Source: Rhodospirillales bacterium
GTDB lineage: Bacteria > Pseudomonadota > Alphaproteobacteria > SP197
DNA: 64,000 nt
Direction of reading: 5' to 3'
NCBI GenBank assembly: GCA_014323865.1
Contig: JACONG010000016.1
Coordinates: forward strand, 253,982 to 317,981
Shown here piece by piece: positions 39,384 through 49,382 of the stretch. The position numbers were made by a program, and so were the translations under genes. The notes below the pieces were generated by a model that saw nothing but the letters and a program-made list of their open reading frames with translations, ran no database searches and was not told the DNA's origin. Numbering within the stretch: the first letter of the stretch is position 1; the number at the start of each line of letters is the position of its first letter.

Positions 39384-39953
39384 ATGCGCTGGCTCCTTCC
39401 CGTCAGCGCACTTTTGCTGGCGACGTCGGTCATCGTGTGGCCCTACTTTAATGTCACCGGCACGCGAACGACTATCGACATCAACATGCTCGCTCGCGAC
39501 GTTGGTATCCTCGGCGCCCAGCCGACCATGACCAATGCGCGTTTCCTGGGTACGGACAAAGATGGCGACTCCTATACCGTGACCGCCACAAGCGCATGGC
39601 AGGAACAGGGCTACGACGAGTTGATCTACCTTGAGGATCTTCAGGGCGACATGACGCTCGATAGCGGCATGTGGGCGACGATCTTGTCAGACCGCGGCGT
39701 CTACGACCGGGTCGGCCAGTTTCTGGTCGTCGAATCGAACGTCAGCGTCTTCACCGACGAAGGTTACGAGCTTCACAGCGACTATGCCCTGATAGACCTC
39801 GACAACGGCACAGCCGAAGGGCACCTGCCGGTCCGAGGCCAGGGACCGGCCGGCCTGATCGACGCGCAGGGTTTTCGTATCACCGACAACGGGGACCGGC
39901 TGTTCTTCGACGGCCGGGTTCATCTCACCATCTTCCCGGGAGCCACACCGTGA
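39384..39953 (+). CDS. lptC: LPS export protein LptC
   Basis: N-terminal TM (MRWLLPVSALLLATSVIVWPYF) then LptC/OstA-like beta-jellyroll region; precedes lptA and lptB. Start uncertain (track ORF begins with TTG at 39198). Confidence 0.65.
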   Translation: MRWLLPVSALLLATSVIVWPYFNVTGTRTTIDINMLARDVGILGAQPTMTNARFLGTDKDGDSYTVTATSAWQEQGYDELIYLEDLQGDMTLDSGMWATILSDRGVYDRVGQFLVVESNVSVFTDEGYELHSDYALIDLDNGTAEGHLPVRGQGPAGLIDAQGFRITDNGDRLFFDGRVHLTIFPGATP

Positions 39954-40459
39954 CGGCGCATCGTCTGATTCCTGGCCTTTTTCTGGCGCTTGTCGTGACC
40001 GTGCCGGCGCTCGCGCAGGTCATCGACTCATCCCGTCACGACAGCAGTCTGCCGCTGGAGATCGAGGCGGACACGATGGAGGTCGAGCAGAACAGCCAGC
40101 GCGCCACATTCACCGGCGCGGTCGACGTCAAGCAGGGTGCTCTGACGCTCAATGCCGACACGCTGATCGTGCACTACCGCGAGGGCGAGGGCAGCGACAG
40201 CCAGATCAGTCTGATCGAGGTGATCGGCAACGTGTTCTTCTCGACGCCGCAGGAGACCGCTCAGGGGGACAGCGGCACCTATGATGTGGACACCGGGGTG
40301 ATCACGCTGTTGGGCAATGTCGTGCTGACCAACGACAACTACGTGCTGCGCGGCGATGAAGCAACCATGAACCTTGAAACTGGCCAGAGTCAGATGACCG
40401 GCAGCAGTGATCGGGTTAAGGTGATCTTCGATAACGCAGGCTCACAAGAAGATCCTTGA
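39950..40459 (+). CDS. lptA: LPS transport periplasmic protein LptA
   Basis: GTG start overlapping lptC stop (GTGA); signal peptide [23 protein letters not shown]; OstA-like repeats (…[20 protein letters not shown]…). Confidence 0.8.
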   Translation: MTAHRLIPGLFLALVVTVPALAQVIDSSRHDSSLPLEIEADTMEVEQNSQRATFTGAVDVKQGALTLNADTLIVHYREGEGSDSQISLIEVIGNVFFSTPQETAQGDSGTYDVDTGVITLLGNVVLTNDNYVLRGDEATMNLETGQSQMTGSSDRVKVIFDNAGSQEDP

Positions 40460-40460
40460 G

Positions 40461-41228
40461 TTGACCACGGTAACGGCATCAGACCGCCCCACGCTTGTCG
40501 CCGACAATGCGGGACTGGCAGCGCAGAACCTGAGCAAGACCTACAGGCGTCGCCCGGTTCTGCGCGACGTCAATGTCGGTGTGCAGCGCGGCGAAGCGGT
40601 CGGGCTTCTGGGCCCCAACGGCGCGGGCAAGACGACCTGCTTCTATCTCATCACCGGCCTGATCACCGCCGATTCCGGCACCATCACGCTCGACGGCAAT
40701 GACGTCACCGAACTGCCGATGTACCGGCGGGCCCGGATCGGCATCGGTTATCTGCCGCAGGAAGCGTCGATCTTCCGCGGCCTTACGGTCGAAGCGAACA
40801 TCCGCGCCGTTCTGGAAGTGGTGGAGAAGGACCGCGACGTGCGCGAGGCCATGCTCGACGAGCTGCTCGCAGAGTTTTCGATCTCGCATCTGCGCCGCAC
40901 GCCGGCTCTGGCACTGTCCGGCGGTGAGCGCCGCAGGGTCGAGATCGCCCGTGCGCTGGCCTCGCGCCCGAGCTTCATGTTGCTCGACGAGCCGCTGGCA
41001 GGCATCGATCCGATCGCGGTCGGCGACATTCGTGATCTCGTCACCCATCTCAAGGACCGCGGCCTGGGCGTGCTGATCACCGATCACAACGTGCGCGAGA
41101 CACTCGACATCATCGACCGGGCCTACATCCTGCACGAGGGCCGGGTTCTGATGGAGGGCACGCCTGACGAGATCGTGGCGCACGAGGGCGTGCGCCGAGT
41201 CTATCTCGGTGAGCGCTTCCGCCTCTAG
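40461..41228 (+). CDS. lptB: LPS export ABC transporter ATP-binding protein LptB
   Basis: Walker [10 protein letters not shown], signature [15 protein letters not shown], Walker B LLDEP; TTG start 1 bp after lptA stop. Confidence 0.9.
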   Translation: MTTVTASDRPTLVADNAGLAAQNLSKTYRRRPVLRDVNVGVQRGEAVGLLGPNGAGKTTCFYLITGLITADSGTITLDGNDVTELPMYRRARIGIGYLPQEASIFRGLTVEANIRAVLEVVEKDRDVREAMLDELLAEFSISHLRRTPALALSGGERRRVEIARALASRPSFMLLDEPLAGIDPIAVGDIRDLVTHLKDRGLGVLITDHNVRETLDIIDRAYILHEGRVLMEGTPDEIVAHEGVRRVYLGERFRL

Positions 41229-41243
41229 CGTGGTTTCAGGACA

Positions 41244-42701
41244 ATGAGCCTGGCTCCATGTCTCGACCTGCGGCAGACCCAGTCCATGGTGATGACGCCG
41301 CAGCTGCAACAGGCGGTCAAGCTGCTGCAGCTCTCCAACATCGAGCTGACCTCCTACGTCGCAGAAGAACTCGAGCGGAATCCGCTGCTCGAGCGCGACT
41401 CTGCCGCCGAAACGACCCAGCCCGAGGCCGAGGATCGCAACCGTCAGGCGTTGGAGACAGAAAGCGAGGCAAGCGACCGGCGCGACGATGCGGAGAACGT
41501 CAATCTCGATGCGGCGGGATCGATGCCCTGGAGTACCGGGGGCCCGGTGGGACGAGGCAGCAACGCGGGCGGTGGTCTCAACGGCGTTGAGAGCACGGTC
41601 GCACGCGATTTCTCGCTGCAGGAGTACATGGCGCAGCAGATCCATATGGAGCTCGACGGAACCGAACGGCTGATCGCGCTCCACCTCCTCGGCACCCTCG
41701 ATCAGGCCGGATATCTCACGGCCGATCGCGAACAGACCCTGGCGCAACTCGGATACACACAGGAGGCGTTCGAAGCGGTGTTGCAAAAGCTCCAGCGACT
41801 CGATCCGCCCGGCGTCTTCGCCCGCGACCTCAGGGAATGCCTGCGCATCCAGCTCGAGGACCGGAACCGGCTGGATCCGGTGAGCGGCGCCATGCTCGAC
41901 AATCTCGACCTTGTCGCCAAGCGCGACTTCAACACCCTGAGAAAGATCGGCAACTGCTCGAACCAGGACATTCTCGATGTCCTCAACGAACTCAAGGCGC
42001 TCGATCCCAAGCCTGGTCTGCGTTTCGACGCCGGTCCGATCCAGGCTATCGCCCCCGACGTGATCGTGCGCGCCAGCCAGGCCGGCGGCTGGCATGTCCA
42101 GCTCAACACCGACAGCCTTCCGCGCATCCTGGCGAACGAGTGTTACTTCGCCGAGGTTCAACGCAATGCCAGGACCGACGAGGACAAGGCTTTCGTCACC
42201 GAGCAATGGACATCGGCCAACTGGCTGCTGAAGGCGCTCGATCAGCGGGCGCGGACCATTCTGCGTGTCGCACAGGAGATCGTGCGCCAGCAGGACATGT
42301 TCCTCGTCAAGGGTGTGGAACATCTGAAACCTCTGGTTCTTCGGGACATTGCCGATGCCCTGGAACTGCACGAAAGCACGGTCAGCCGGGTGACCAGCAA
42401 CAAGTTCATGCTGACGCCGCGGGGCATTTTCGAACTGAAGTATTTCTTCACCGCCTCGCTCGGCAATACCGACGGCGGCCCCGCCCATTCGGCAGAGGCC
42501 GTGCGGCACCGCATCAAAGCGCTTGTGGAGGCCGAGACCGCAGCGAAAGTGATGTCCGACGACGGTATTGTCTCCGCACTCGCCGACGAGGGGATCAGCA
42601 TCGCGCGCCGCACGGTGGCCAAGTATCGCGAAGCCATGCGCATTCCGTCATCGGTTCAGCGCCGCCGCGAACTGCGTCTCGACAGAGCTCCCAAACCCTG
42701 A
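41244..42701 (+). CDS. rpoN: RNA polymerase sigma-54 factor
   Basis: N-terminal region I (LRQTQSMVMTPQLQQAVKLLQLS), C-terminal RpoN box (ARRTVAKYRE) and HTH. Confidence 0.9.
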   Translation: MSLAPCLDLRQTQSMVMTPQLQQAVKLLQLSNIELTSYVAEELERNPLLERDSAAETTQPEAEDRNRQALETESEASDRRDDAENVNLDAAGSMPWSTGGPVGRGSNAGGGLNGVESTVARDFSLQEYMAQQIHMELDGTERLIALHLLGTLDQAGYLTADREQTLAQLGYTQEAFEAVLQKLQRLDPPGVFARDLRECLRIQLEDRNRLDPVSGAMLDNLDLVAKRDFNTLRKIGNCSNQDILDVLNELKALDPKPGLRFDAGPIQAIAPDVIVRASQAGGWHVQLNTDSLPRILANECYFAEVQRNARTDEDKAFVTEQWTSANWLLKALDQRARTILRVAQEIVRQQDMFLVKGVEHLKPLVLRDIADALELHESTVSRVTSNKFMLTPRGIFELKYFFTASLGNTDGGPAHSAEAVRHRIKALVEAETAAKVMSDDGIVSALADEGISIARRTVAKYREAMRIPSSVQRRRELRLDRAPKP

Positions 42702-42864
42702 TTCGAAGCTTTTGGATGGTGCGCGAGGACTGCTTGTCTCGGCGGCAGTCTGGCGATATATGTGCGTGCCTCTGAGAGGGCCACGCCCCCATCGAGACGG
42801 GCGATCTGCCGCCGGATCCTTGGGCGCCGGCCGTTGAACCATGCAGATGATCGATGGGAAGACC

Positions 42865-43161
42865 ATGAAGATTGCCGTGACAGGGCATCAGGTTGACGTT
42901 GGCGACGCGTTGCGCAGTTTTGTGACCGAAACGCTGGAAAACGGCGTGAGCAAGTACTTCGCCGATTCCATGGAAGCGCACGTGACCTTCTCGCGAGAAG
43001 GCAACGACTTCCACGCTCACATCTCGGTTCATGTCGGCCATGACATCCATGCCGAAGGCCGGGGCAGCAGCGACGACGCCTATGCCAGCTTCCGTCTGGC
43101 AGAGGAGCATGTCGAAAAGCAGCTCCGCCGCAGCAAGAGGAAGCTGCGCGAACACCATTGA
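42865..43161 (+). CDS. hpf: Ribosome hibernation promoting factor
   Basis: MKIAVTGHQVDVGDALRSFVTETL… typical HPF/RaiA fold; follows rpoN as in most proteobacteria. Confidence 0.85.
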   Translation: MKIAVTGHQVDVGDALRSFVTETLENGVSKYFADSMEAHVTFSREGNDFHAHISVHVGHDIHAEGRGSSDDAYASFRLAEEHVEKQLRRSKRKLREHH

Positions 43162-43207
43162 ACGGATCGATCGGCCCGCGCGTGTGGTGCCGGATCGGAG
43201 TGAGGAT

Positions 43208-43666
43208 ATGGAGATTTCTGAGCTGTTGACGCTCCAAAGCATCGTGCCCCGGCTGCGCGCCGCCAGCAAGAAACAGGCCTTGCAGGAACTCGCGTGCCAG
43301 GCGGAGACGATCTCGGGCATCAACGAACGGCTCGTTTTCGATGCCTTGCTGGAACGGGAGCGCCTGGGTTCGACCGGAGTCGGCCTCGGCATCGCCATTC
43401 CACATGCCAAGCTGACGGGTCTTGAGAGGCTGCATGGCCTGTTTGCGCGCGCCGATGCCGCGATTGATTTCGACGCGATCGACGAACAGCCCGTCGACCT
43501 CATGTTTCTGTTGCTGGCCCCGGAAAGCGCCGGTGCCGACCACCTCAAGGCGCTCGCCAAGGTCTCGCGCCTTCTGCGCAATCAGGACGTCTGCGAGAAG
43601 CTGCGCGGTGCCAACGGGGCGGAAGCAATCTACGCCCTTCTGACCGAAGCCAGTAAAGCGGACTGA
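43208..43666 (+). CDS. ptsN: PTS IIA-like nitrogen regulatory protein (EIIA-Ntr)
   Basis: Phosphorylatable His region GIAIPHAKL; 152 aa; follows hpf. Confidence 0.85.
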   Translation: MEISELLTLQSIVPRLRAASKKQALQELACQAETISGINERLVFDALLERERLGSTGVGLGIAIPHAKLTGLERLHGLFARADAAIDFDAIDEQPVDLMFLLLAPESAGADHLKALAKVSRLLRNQDVCEKLRGANGAEAIYALLTEASKAD

Positions 43667-43673
43667 GGCAGTC

Positions 43674-44105
43674 ATGCTGGTCCACGGCACCTGTATCGAA
43701 CTCGACGGTGTCGGCATCCTGTTCCGAGGTCCATCGGGTAGCGGAAAGAGCGACCTTGCCCTGCGGTTGATTGACAGCTGCGGCGCGCAGTTGGTGGCCG
43801 ACGACCAGGTCGACCTCGAAAGCCATGACCAGCGATTGATAGCACGCGCCCTGGAGCGGCTCGCAGGCCTCATGGAAGTGCGCGGCGTGGGAATCGTCCC
43901 GGTCGACCACGCCGCTTCGGCAAGACTTGCCCTGATCGCCGATCTCTGTGCGCCTGAAGAGATCGAGCGTCTGCCCGAACCGCGCCGGGAGATGCTTGCC
44001 GGGGTCGAACTCCCCGCCCTTCACCTCTGCGCTCACGAACCCTCTGCAACGGCCAAGGTTCGCGCGGCGCTGGCCCTTCACCGGCCACAGGCGGACAGGC
44101 GATGA
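43674..44105 (+). CDS. hprK: HPr kinase/phosphorylase, short alphaproteobacterial form (C-terminal kinase domain only)
   Basis: P-loop GPSGSGKSDLAL, …LMEVRGVGIV… kinase core; 143 aa. Confidence 0.85.
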   Translation: MLVHGTCIELDGVGILFRGPSGSGKSDLALRLIDSCGAQLVADDQVDLESHDQRLIARALERLAGLMEVRGVGIVPVDHAASARLALIADLCAPEEIERLPEPRREMLAGVELPALHLCAHEPSATAKVRAALALHRPQADRR

Positions 44106-44965
44106 CTGAGGAAACGAACGACCGGCATCTGGTCCTTCTGACCGGGCTCTCGGGAGCAGGGCGCAGCACCGCGTTGAAAGCGTTGGAGGACGAAGGCTAC
44201 GACGCGATTGACAACCTTCCCCTGCACCTGGTGGAGATGCTGCTCGATGAGACCGACAACGTCCGGCTCGCGATTGTGGTCGACGTGCGGCAGCGCAGCT
44301 TCGATGTCGATGCGTTTCTCGCCATGAGCGATCGTTTGCGCACGCGTCCGCGGCTCAGCGTAACCGTCGTGTTTCTCACCTGCGACAGCGACGGCCTGCA
44401 GCGCCGTTTCACCGAGACCCGGCGCCCTCACCCGCTGGCCGGCAACGGCACCGTGGCCGACGGCATCGAAACCGAGCAGGCTCTGATGAAACCCGTCATG
44501 GCGCTCGCCGATCTGGTGGTCGATACCAGCGCGATGAACAGCGCTGCGCTGCGGCGCCATGTCGGCGAACACCTTCGTTTCGATCCGACACCGAGGCTTT
44601 CTGTCTTTGTGATGTCGTTTTCCTATCGCATGGGCATTCCCGGCAACGCCGACCTCGTCTTCGACGTGCGCTTTCTGTCGAACCCGCACTACGTCGACGA
44701 ACTCAGGCACAAGACCGGCAAGGACGCCGAGGTCGCCCGTTTCATCGAATCCGACGACCGATTCGCGGACTTTTTCGACCGATTCGGCGGCCTGATCAGC
44801 GATTTGCTGCCCGCCTACACAGCCGAGGGGAAGCGCTATCTGACCATTGCCATCGGCTGCACCGGCGGGCGCCATCGGTCGGTTTTTGTTGCCGAACGGC
44901 TCGCCCCTCTGTTAAGCGAGGGCGGACGTCGTGTTGCATTGCAGCATCGTGAACTAACGTCATAA
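44102..44965 (+). CDS. rapZ: RNase adapter protein RapZ (YhbJ, P-loop NTPase)
   Basis: Walker A GLSGAGRSTALKALED, RapZ C-terminal region (…GCTGGRHRSV…). Confidence 0.9.
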   Translation: MTEETNDRHLVLLTGLSGAGRSTALKALEDEGYDAIDNLPLHLVEMLLDETDNVRLAIVVDVRQRSFDVDAFLAMSDRLRTRPRLSVTVVFLTCDSDGLQRRFTETRRPHPLAGNGTVADGIETEQALMKPVMALADLVVDTSAMNSAALRRHVGEHLRFDPTPRLSVFVMSFSYRMGIPGNADLVFDVRFLSNPHYVDELRHKTGKDAEVARFIESDDRFADFFDRFGGLISDLLPAYTAEGKRYLTIAIGCTGGRHRSVFVAERLAPLLSEGGRRVALQHRELTS

Positions 44966-45012
44966 CAGGCCGCCAAGGGCCTGCCTGATCGCACCAGCAG
45001 ACGCAGCGAGCC

Positions 45013-45417
45013 ATGATCGGATTGGTATTGGTCACCCACGGCCGCCTGGCCGAGGAGTTTGTTGCCGCCACCGAGCACGTCGTGGGCGAGCAAACGGCCG
45101 TGCGGGCCATCTGCATCGGCCCCGACGACGACATGGAGAAGCGCCGCGACGACATTGTCGAGGCCGTCAAGCAGGTCGACTCGGGTGCCGGGGTGATCGT
45201 GCTGACCGACATGTTCGGCGGCACACCGTCGAATCTCGCCATCTCGGTGATGGAAGCGGGCAACATCGAGGTCATCGCCGGCATCAACCTTCCGATGCTG
45301 ATCAAGCTTGCTTCCGTGCGGGAGACCGCCTCGATCGACAATGCGGTTCACGCTGCCCAGGAATCGGGGCGCAAGTACATCAACGTGGCAAGCAGCCTGC
45401 TCAAGTCCAAGGGCTAA
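45013..45417 (+). CDS. manX: PTS EIIA component, mannose/fructose family (ManX-like)
   Basis: MIGLVLVTHGRLAEEF… with active His region (VTHG) and …VLTDMFGGTPSN…. Confidence 0.8.
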   Translation: MIGLVLVTHGRLAEEFVAATEHVVGEQTAVRAICIGPDDDMEKRRDDIVEAVKQVDSGAGVIVLTDMFGGTPSNLAISVMEAGNIEVIAGINLPMLIKLASVRETASIDNAVHAAQESGRKYINVASSLLKSKG

Positions 45418-45424
45418 AACGGAC

Positions 45425-45715
45425 ATGGCGAACCCGGACGGATCGGCGGAAGTCGTGAGTCGGCGCCTCGTGATTGTCAACGAGCGTGGCCTGCACGCAC
45501 GCGCGGCCGCCAGATTCGTCGCGACCCTCACCGACTTCGAGGCCGAGGTTGACGTCGAGAAGGACGGTGTGCGGGTGTCGGGACGCTCTATCATGGGGCT
45601 GATGATGCTCGCGGCCGCGCCGGGAACCACCATCGCGGTCGATGCCAGGGGCGCCGACGCCGAGGCCGCGGTCAACGCGATCACGACCCTGGTCGAGAAT
45701 CGGTTCGACGAGTAG
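45425..45715 (+). CDS. ptsH: Phosphocarrier protein HPr/NPr
   Basis: …VIVNERGLHARAAARFV… with active-site His in GLHARA context; 96 aa. Confidence 0.8.
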   Translation: MANPDGSAEVVSRRLVIVNERGLHARAAARFVATLTDFEAEVDVEKDGVRVSGRSIMGLMMLAAAPGTTIAVDARGADAEAAVNAITTLVENRFDE

Positions 45716-45725
45716 GCCGGGCACC

Positions 45726-47474
45726 ATGACCGACAACACTCTGGCAGGTCTCGGTGTTTCGCAGGGCATCGCCATCGGTCCGGCGTTCGTGACAGAACAC
45801 GGCTCGCTCGATGTGCCGAGCTTTGCCATCAAGGCCGATGCGGTCGATGACGAGATCGTCCGCTTCGGCAAGGCAATCGAGAAGTCAAAATCCCAGATCA
45901 CGAAGCTGACCGCCAAGGCGCAGTCCCTGCCGGCGAGCGCCGCTGAGGAGCTCGAGTACCTGCTCACGGCACACGGCCAGATGCTCGACGGTTCCCGCCT
46001 CGTGCGCGGTGTCGAGACCCGTATCCGCGAACAGACGATCAACGCCGAGGCCGCAGTCTGGCAGGAGGTGGGTGAAATCGCCCAGGCCTTCGCGCAGATG
46101 GAAGACAGTTATCTCGCGGAGCGCAGCAAGGACGTCCATGACGTGGGCCAGCGGCTGATTCGCAACCTCATGGCCAAGCCCTATCGCGCCCTGACCGAAC
46201 TGGCGGCCGGAACCGTCGTGGTCGCCGACGAGCTGACGCCGGCCGATACGGCACTGCTTGACCCGGCGCGCATCGCGGGCTTCGTCACGGCGATCGGCGG
46301 CGCTCAGGACCACACCGGCATCCTGGCCCGCTCGCTCGGTCTGCCCGCCGTCGTCGGCACGTCCGATCTTCTCCAGAACGTCCGCACCGGCGATATGGTC
46401 ATTCTTGATGGTCAGGTCGGCACGGTCATCGTCAATCCGACAGATGACGTTCTGAAGCGTTATCAGGATCTCCAGACAGAGTTGAAGCGTCAGGCGCGCA
46501 AGCTCGAGCGGCTGCGCAATGTGCCCGCCAATACACGCGACGACATCCGTATCGGCCTGCAGGCCAACATCGACCTTGCCAGCGAGATCGGCCCTGCCCT
46601 GGAGCACGGCGCAGAGGGCATCGGGCTTTACCGCACTGAATACCTCTTCCTGAACCGCGATGATGTGCCGACCGAGGACGAGCAGTACGCCCATTTGCGC
46701 AACATCGTTGAAGCCATGGAAGGCCGCCCGGTCACCGTACGCACGCTCGATGTCGGCAACGACAAGCTGCCCTATTCCTTGGGTGAGCACCTGACGGTGA
46801 GCGCTAACCCGGCGATGGGCCTGCGTGCAATCCGTCTGTCGCTCAAGGTCGAGGAACTGCTGGAGAACCAGCTTTCGGCCATCCTGCGGGCCGGCGCCCA
46901 CGGCCCCGTGCGCATCCTGCTGCCGATGATCTCGACGCCGTCCGAGGTCCGACAGGTCCGCCAGGCGCTCAAGAAGGTCGCGATCCGGCTGCGCCGCCGC
47001 CGGCAGAAGTTCGCCGATCCCCTGCCGCCAATCGGCGCGATGATCGAGATTCCGGGCGCGGCGCTCGCCGCTGACGGCCTGGCGCGGGACTGCGAGTTCT
47101 TCTCGATCGGGACCAACGATCTGACAATGTATACGCTCGCCATCGACCGCGGCGACGAGCAGGTGGCGCATCTCTACAGCCCGCTGCACCCCGCCGTGCT
47201 GCGGCTGATCCAGTTCACGACAGCAGCCGCCCTGCGCGCACGCATTCCGATCAACGTCTGCGGCGAGATGGCGGGTGACGAGCGCATGACCGCGATCCTG
47301 CTGGGTCTGGGCATCCGCGATCTTTCGATGGCCTCGGCCGCCGTGCCGCGGGTCAAACAGCGCGTCAGGACGCTCGACACCAACGAGGCGATGCGACGGG
47401 CTCAGACGATCATGGAACAGACCGATTCCGGGATGGTCGCGGCCCTGCTCGACGACTTCAACGCGTTGGCCTGA
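45726..47474 (+). CDS. ptsI: Phosphoenolpyruvate-protein phosphotransferase (Enzyme I), no GAF domain
   Basis: N-terminal HPr-binding domain, phospho-His region (…AIGGAQDHTGILARSLGLPAVVG…), PEP-utilising C-terminal TIM barrel (…IGTNDLTMYTLAIDRGDE…). Confidence 0.9.
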   Translation: MTDNTLAGLGVSQGIAIGPAFVTEHGSLDVPSFAIKADAVDDEIVRFGKAIEKSKSQITKLTAKAQSLPASAAEELEYLLTAHGQMLDGSRLVRGVETRIREQTINAEAAVWQEVGEIAQAFAQMEDSYLAERSKDVHDVGQRLIRNLMAKPYRALTELAAGTVVVADELTPADTALLDPARIAGFVTAIGGAQDHTGILARSLGLPAVVGTSDLLQNVRTGDMVILDGQVGTVIVNPTDDVLKRYQDLQTELKRQARKLERLRNVPANTRDDIRIGLQANIDLASEIGPALEHGAEGIGLYRTEYLFLNRDDVPTEDEQYAHLRNIVEAMEGRPVTVRTLDVGNDKLPYSLGEHLTVSANPAMGLRAIRLSLKVEELLENQLSAILRAGAHGPVRILLPMISTPSEVRQVRQALKKVAIRLRRRRQKFADPLPPIGAMIEIPGAALAADGLARDCEFFSIGTNDLTMYTLAIDRGDEQVAHLYSPLHPAVLRLIQFTTAAALRARIPINVCGEMAGDERMTAILLGLGIRDLSMASAAVPRVKQRVRTLDTNEAMRRAQTIMEQTDSGMVAALLDDFNALA

Positions 47475-47585
47475 ACCCCGCATCCGCTGGACGCCCCAGC
47501 ACGTATTTGTTAAGCGGTGCGTCCCGCCCGGCAGGGCCATTGATTACCCGAAATTACCCGACAGATTGCAGAAACGGACGCTGAG

Positions 47586-48890
47586 ATGAGCGAATTCACA
47601 GACTACAAGGTTGCCGACATAGGCTTGGCCGAGTGGGGCCGCAAAGAGATCGAGATTGCCGAGGTCGAAATGCCCGGCCTGATGGCGATCCGCGAGGGTT
47701 ACGGCAAGGACAAGCCGCTGGCCGGCGCGCGCATCACCGGCTGCCTGCATATGACCATACAGACCGCCGTGCTGATTGAGACTCTGGCCCATCTCGGCGC
47801 CGAAATCCGCTGGTCGTCGTGCAACATCTTCTCGACCCAGGATCAGGCGGCCGCAGCAATTGCTGCGGCCGGAATCCCGGTCTTTGCCTGGAAGAGCGAG
47901 ACCGAAGAAGAGTACGTCTGGTGCATTGAGCAGACGATCCACGGCCCCGACGGCTGGGTGCCGAACATGCTGCTGGACGACGGCGGTGACCTCACCGCGA
48001 TCATGCACGACAGGTACCCCGAGCTTCTCAAGGACGTGCACGGCGTCAGCGAGGAGACTACCACCGGCGTGGCACGTCTTTACCAGATGGCCAAGAAGGG
48101 CGAACTTCTGGTTCCCGCCTTCAACGTCAACGATTCCGTGACGAAGTCGAAGTTCGACAATGTTTACGGCTGCCGCGAGAGCCTCACCGACGGCATTCGC
48201 CGCGCCACCGACGTCATGATGGCGGGCAAGGTCGCCGTGGTCGCGGGTTACGGCGGTGTCGGCAAGGGTTCGGCGCAGTCGCTGCAGGGTGCGGGCGCCC
48301 GTGTGATGGTGACCGAAATCGACCCGATCTGCGCGCTCCAGGCCGCCATGGACGGCTATGAGGTCGTCACCATGGACGATGCCGCGTCCAGGGCCGACAT
48401 CTTCGTTACCGCCACCGGCAACACGGATGTCATCACGGTCGACCACATGCGGGCCATGAAGGACCGTGCGATCGTCTGCAACATCGGCCACTTCGACAAC
48501 GAGATTCAGGTCGAGGCGACCAGGAACTTCAAGTGGAAAAACATCAAGCCGCAGGTCGACGAGATCGAGTTCCCCGACGGCAAGAAGATCATCCTTCTGG
48601 CCGAGGGTCGCCTGGTGAACCTGGGCTGCGCGACGGGCCATCCGAGCTTCGTGATGAGCGCCAGCTTCACCAACCAGGTGCTGGCCCAGATCGAACTCTG
48701 GAGCCACAAGGACAAGGGCACCTACAAGCGTGACGAGGTCTACGTGCTGCCCAAGCACCTTGATGAGCAGGTCGCCATGCTGCACCTGGAGAAGGTCGGC
48801 GCGACGCTCACCAAGCTGACCGATCATCAGGCCGACTACATCGGCGTCGACCGGAACGGTCCGTTCAAGCCGCACGAATACCGTTACTGA
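47586..48890 (+). CDS. ahcY: S-adenosyl-L-homocysteine hydrolase
   Basis: [26 protein letters not shown]…; NAD-binding [13 protein letters not shown]. Confidence 0.9.
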   Translation: MSEFTDYKVADIGLAEWGRKEIEIAEVEMPGLMAIREGYGKDKPLAGARITGCLHMTIQTAVLIETLAHLGAEIRWSSCNIFSTQDQAAAAIAAAGIPVFAWKSETEEEYVWCIEQTIHGPDGWVPNMLLDDGGDLTAIMHDRYPELLKDVHGVSEETTTGVARLYQMAKKGELLVPAFNVNDSVTKSKFDNVYGCRESLTDGIRRATDVMMAGKVAVVAGYGGVGKGSAQSLQGAGARVMVTEIDPICALQAAMDGYEVVTMDDAASRADIFVTATGNTDVITVDHMRAMKDRAIVCNIGHFDNEIQVEATRNFKWKNIKPQVDEIEFPDGKKIILLAEGRLVNLGCATGHPSFVMSASFTNQVLAQIELWSHKDKGTYKRDEVYVLPKHLDEQVAMLHLEKVGATLTKLTDHQADYIGVDRNGPFKPHEYRY

Positions 48891-48915
48891 TTACTCGCGA
48901 CAGTGTGATCGACGG

Positions 48916-48948
48916 GGGCCGGAGCGAATACTCCGGCCCTCTTTCGTT
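48916..48948. terminator. Bidirectional intrinsic terminator between convergent ahcY and the downstream minus-strand ORF
   Basis: GGGCCGGAG-cgaata-CTCCGGCCC (9-bp GC-rich stem, 6-nt loop) followed by TCTTTCGTT. Confidence 0.5.
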
Positions 48949-49241
48949 CAGCGGCAGGATCGCAGGTGGCCCATGTCGAGATGGACGTGGTCGTCATGGG
49001 CCTCGTTGTACGCGGGACCCGGAACGACGTTGAACAGGCCGCAGCCGTTGGTGATGGGTCGCTCGACAGTCCTCAGGCAGGAAAGCGGCGCGCGGTCGAG
49101 CGCGGCGTGGCAGGCCTCGGGATCGGCGGCCAGGCTGTTGAGCGGGAGGCGCGTCAGCCTGTGCGGTTCCGCTGCAAGATCAATGGGCGACAACCACCAG
49201 CTTTCAGGGATCCGCAGCCCTCCTTGCTGCAGAGCGGTCAA
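48948..49241 (-). CDS. Hypothetical protein (97 aa); possible frameshifted secreted protein
   Basis: ORF …GLFNVVPGPAYNEAHDDHVHLDMGHLRSCR. Just upstream, in another minus-strand frame, is a signal-peptide-like MLGFRRLSWRLRLGVTGAVFAALLV that terminates after 36 codons. Confidence 0.3.
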   Translation of the reverse strand: MTALQQGGLRIPESWWLSPIDLAAEPHRLTRLPLNSLAADPEACHAALDRAPLSCLRTVERPITNGCGLFNVVPGPAYNEAHDDHVHLDMGHLRSCR

Positions 49242-49382
49242 CCAGAAGCGCGGCGAAGACCGCTCCGGTCACACCAAGCCGCAGACGCCACGACAGACGT
49301 CGAAATCCAAGCATCGCGTTCTCCCATCCGCGTGCAGGAGAACGACGAAGCGTGGCCGAAACAGGTCGCTCGCACGGCCGTT

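Noticed and set aside
47475-47585. SAH or SAM-II riboswitch in the ahcY leader
   Set aside because: I could not find the conserved riboswitch cores (no GAGGAGCG…GGCUCGG-type SAH elements or SAM-II pseudoknot signature) by eye; only a tandem direct repeat is evident. A covariance-model scan is needed.
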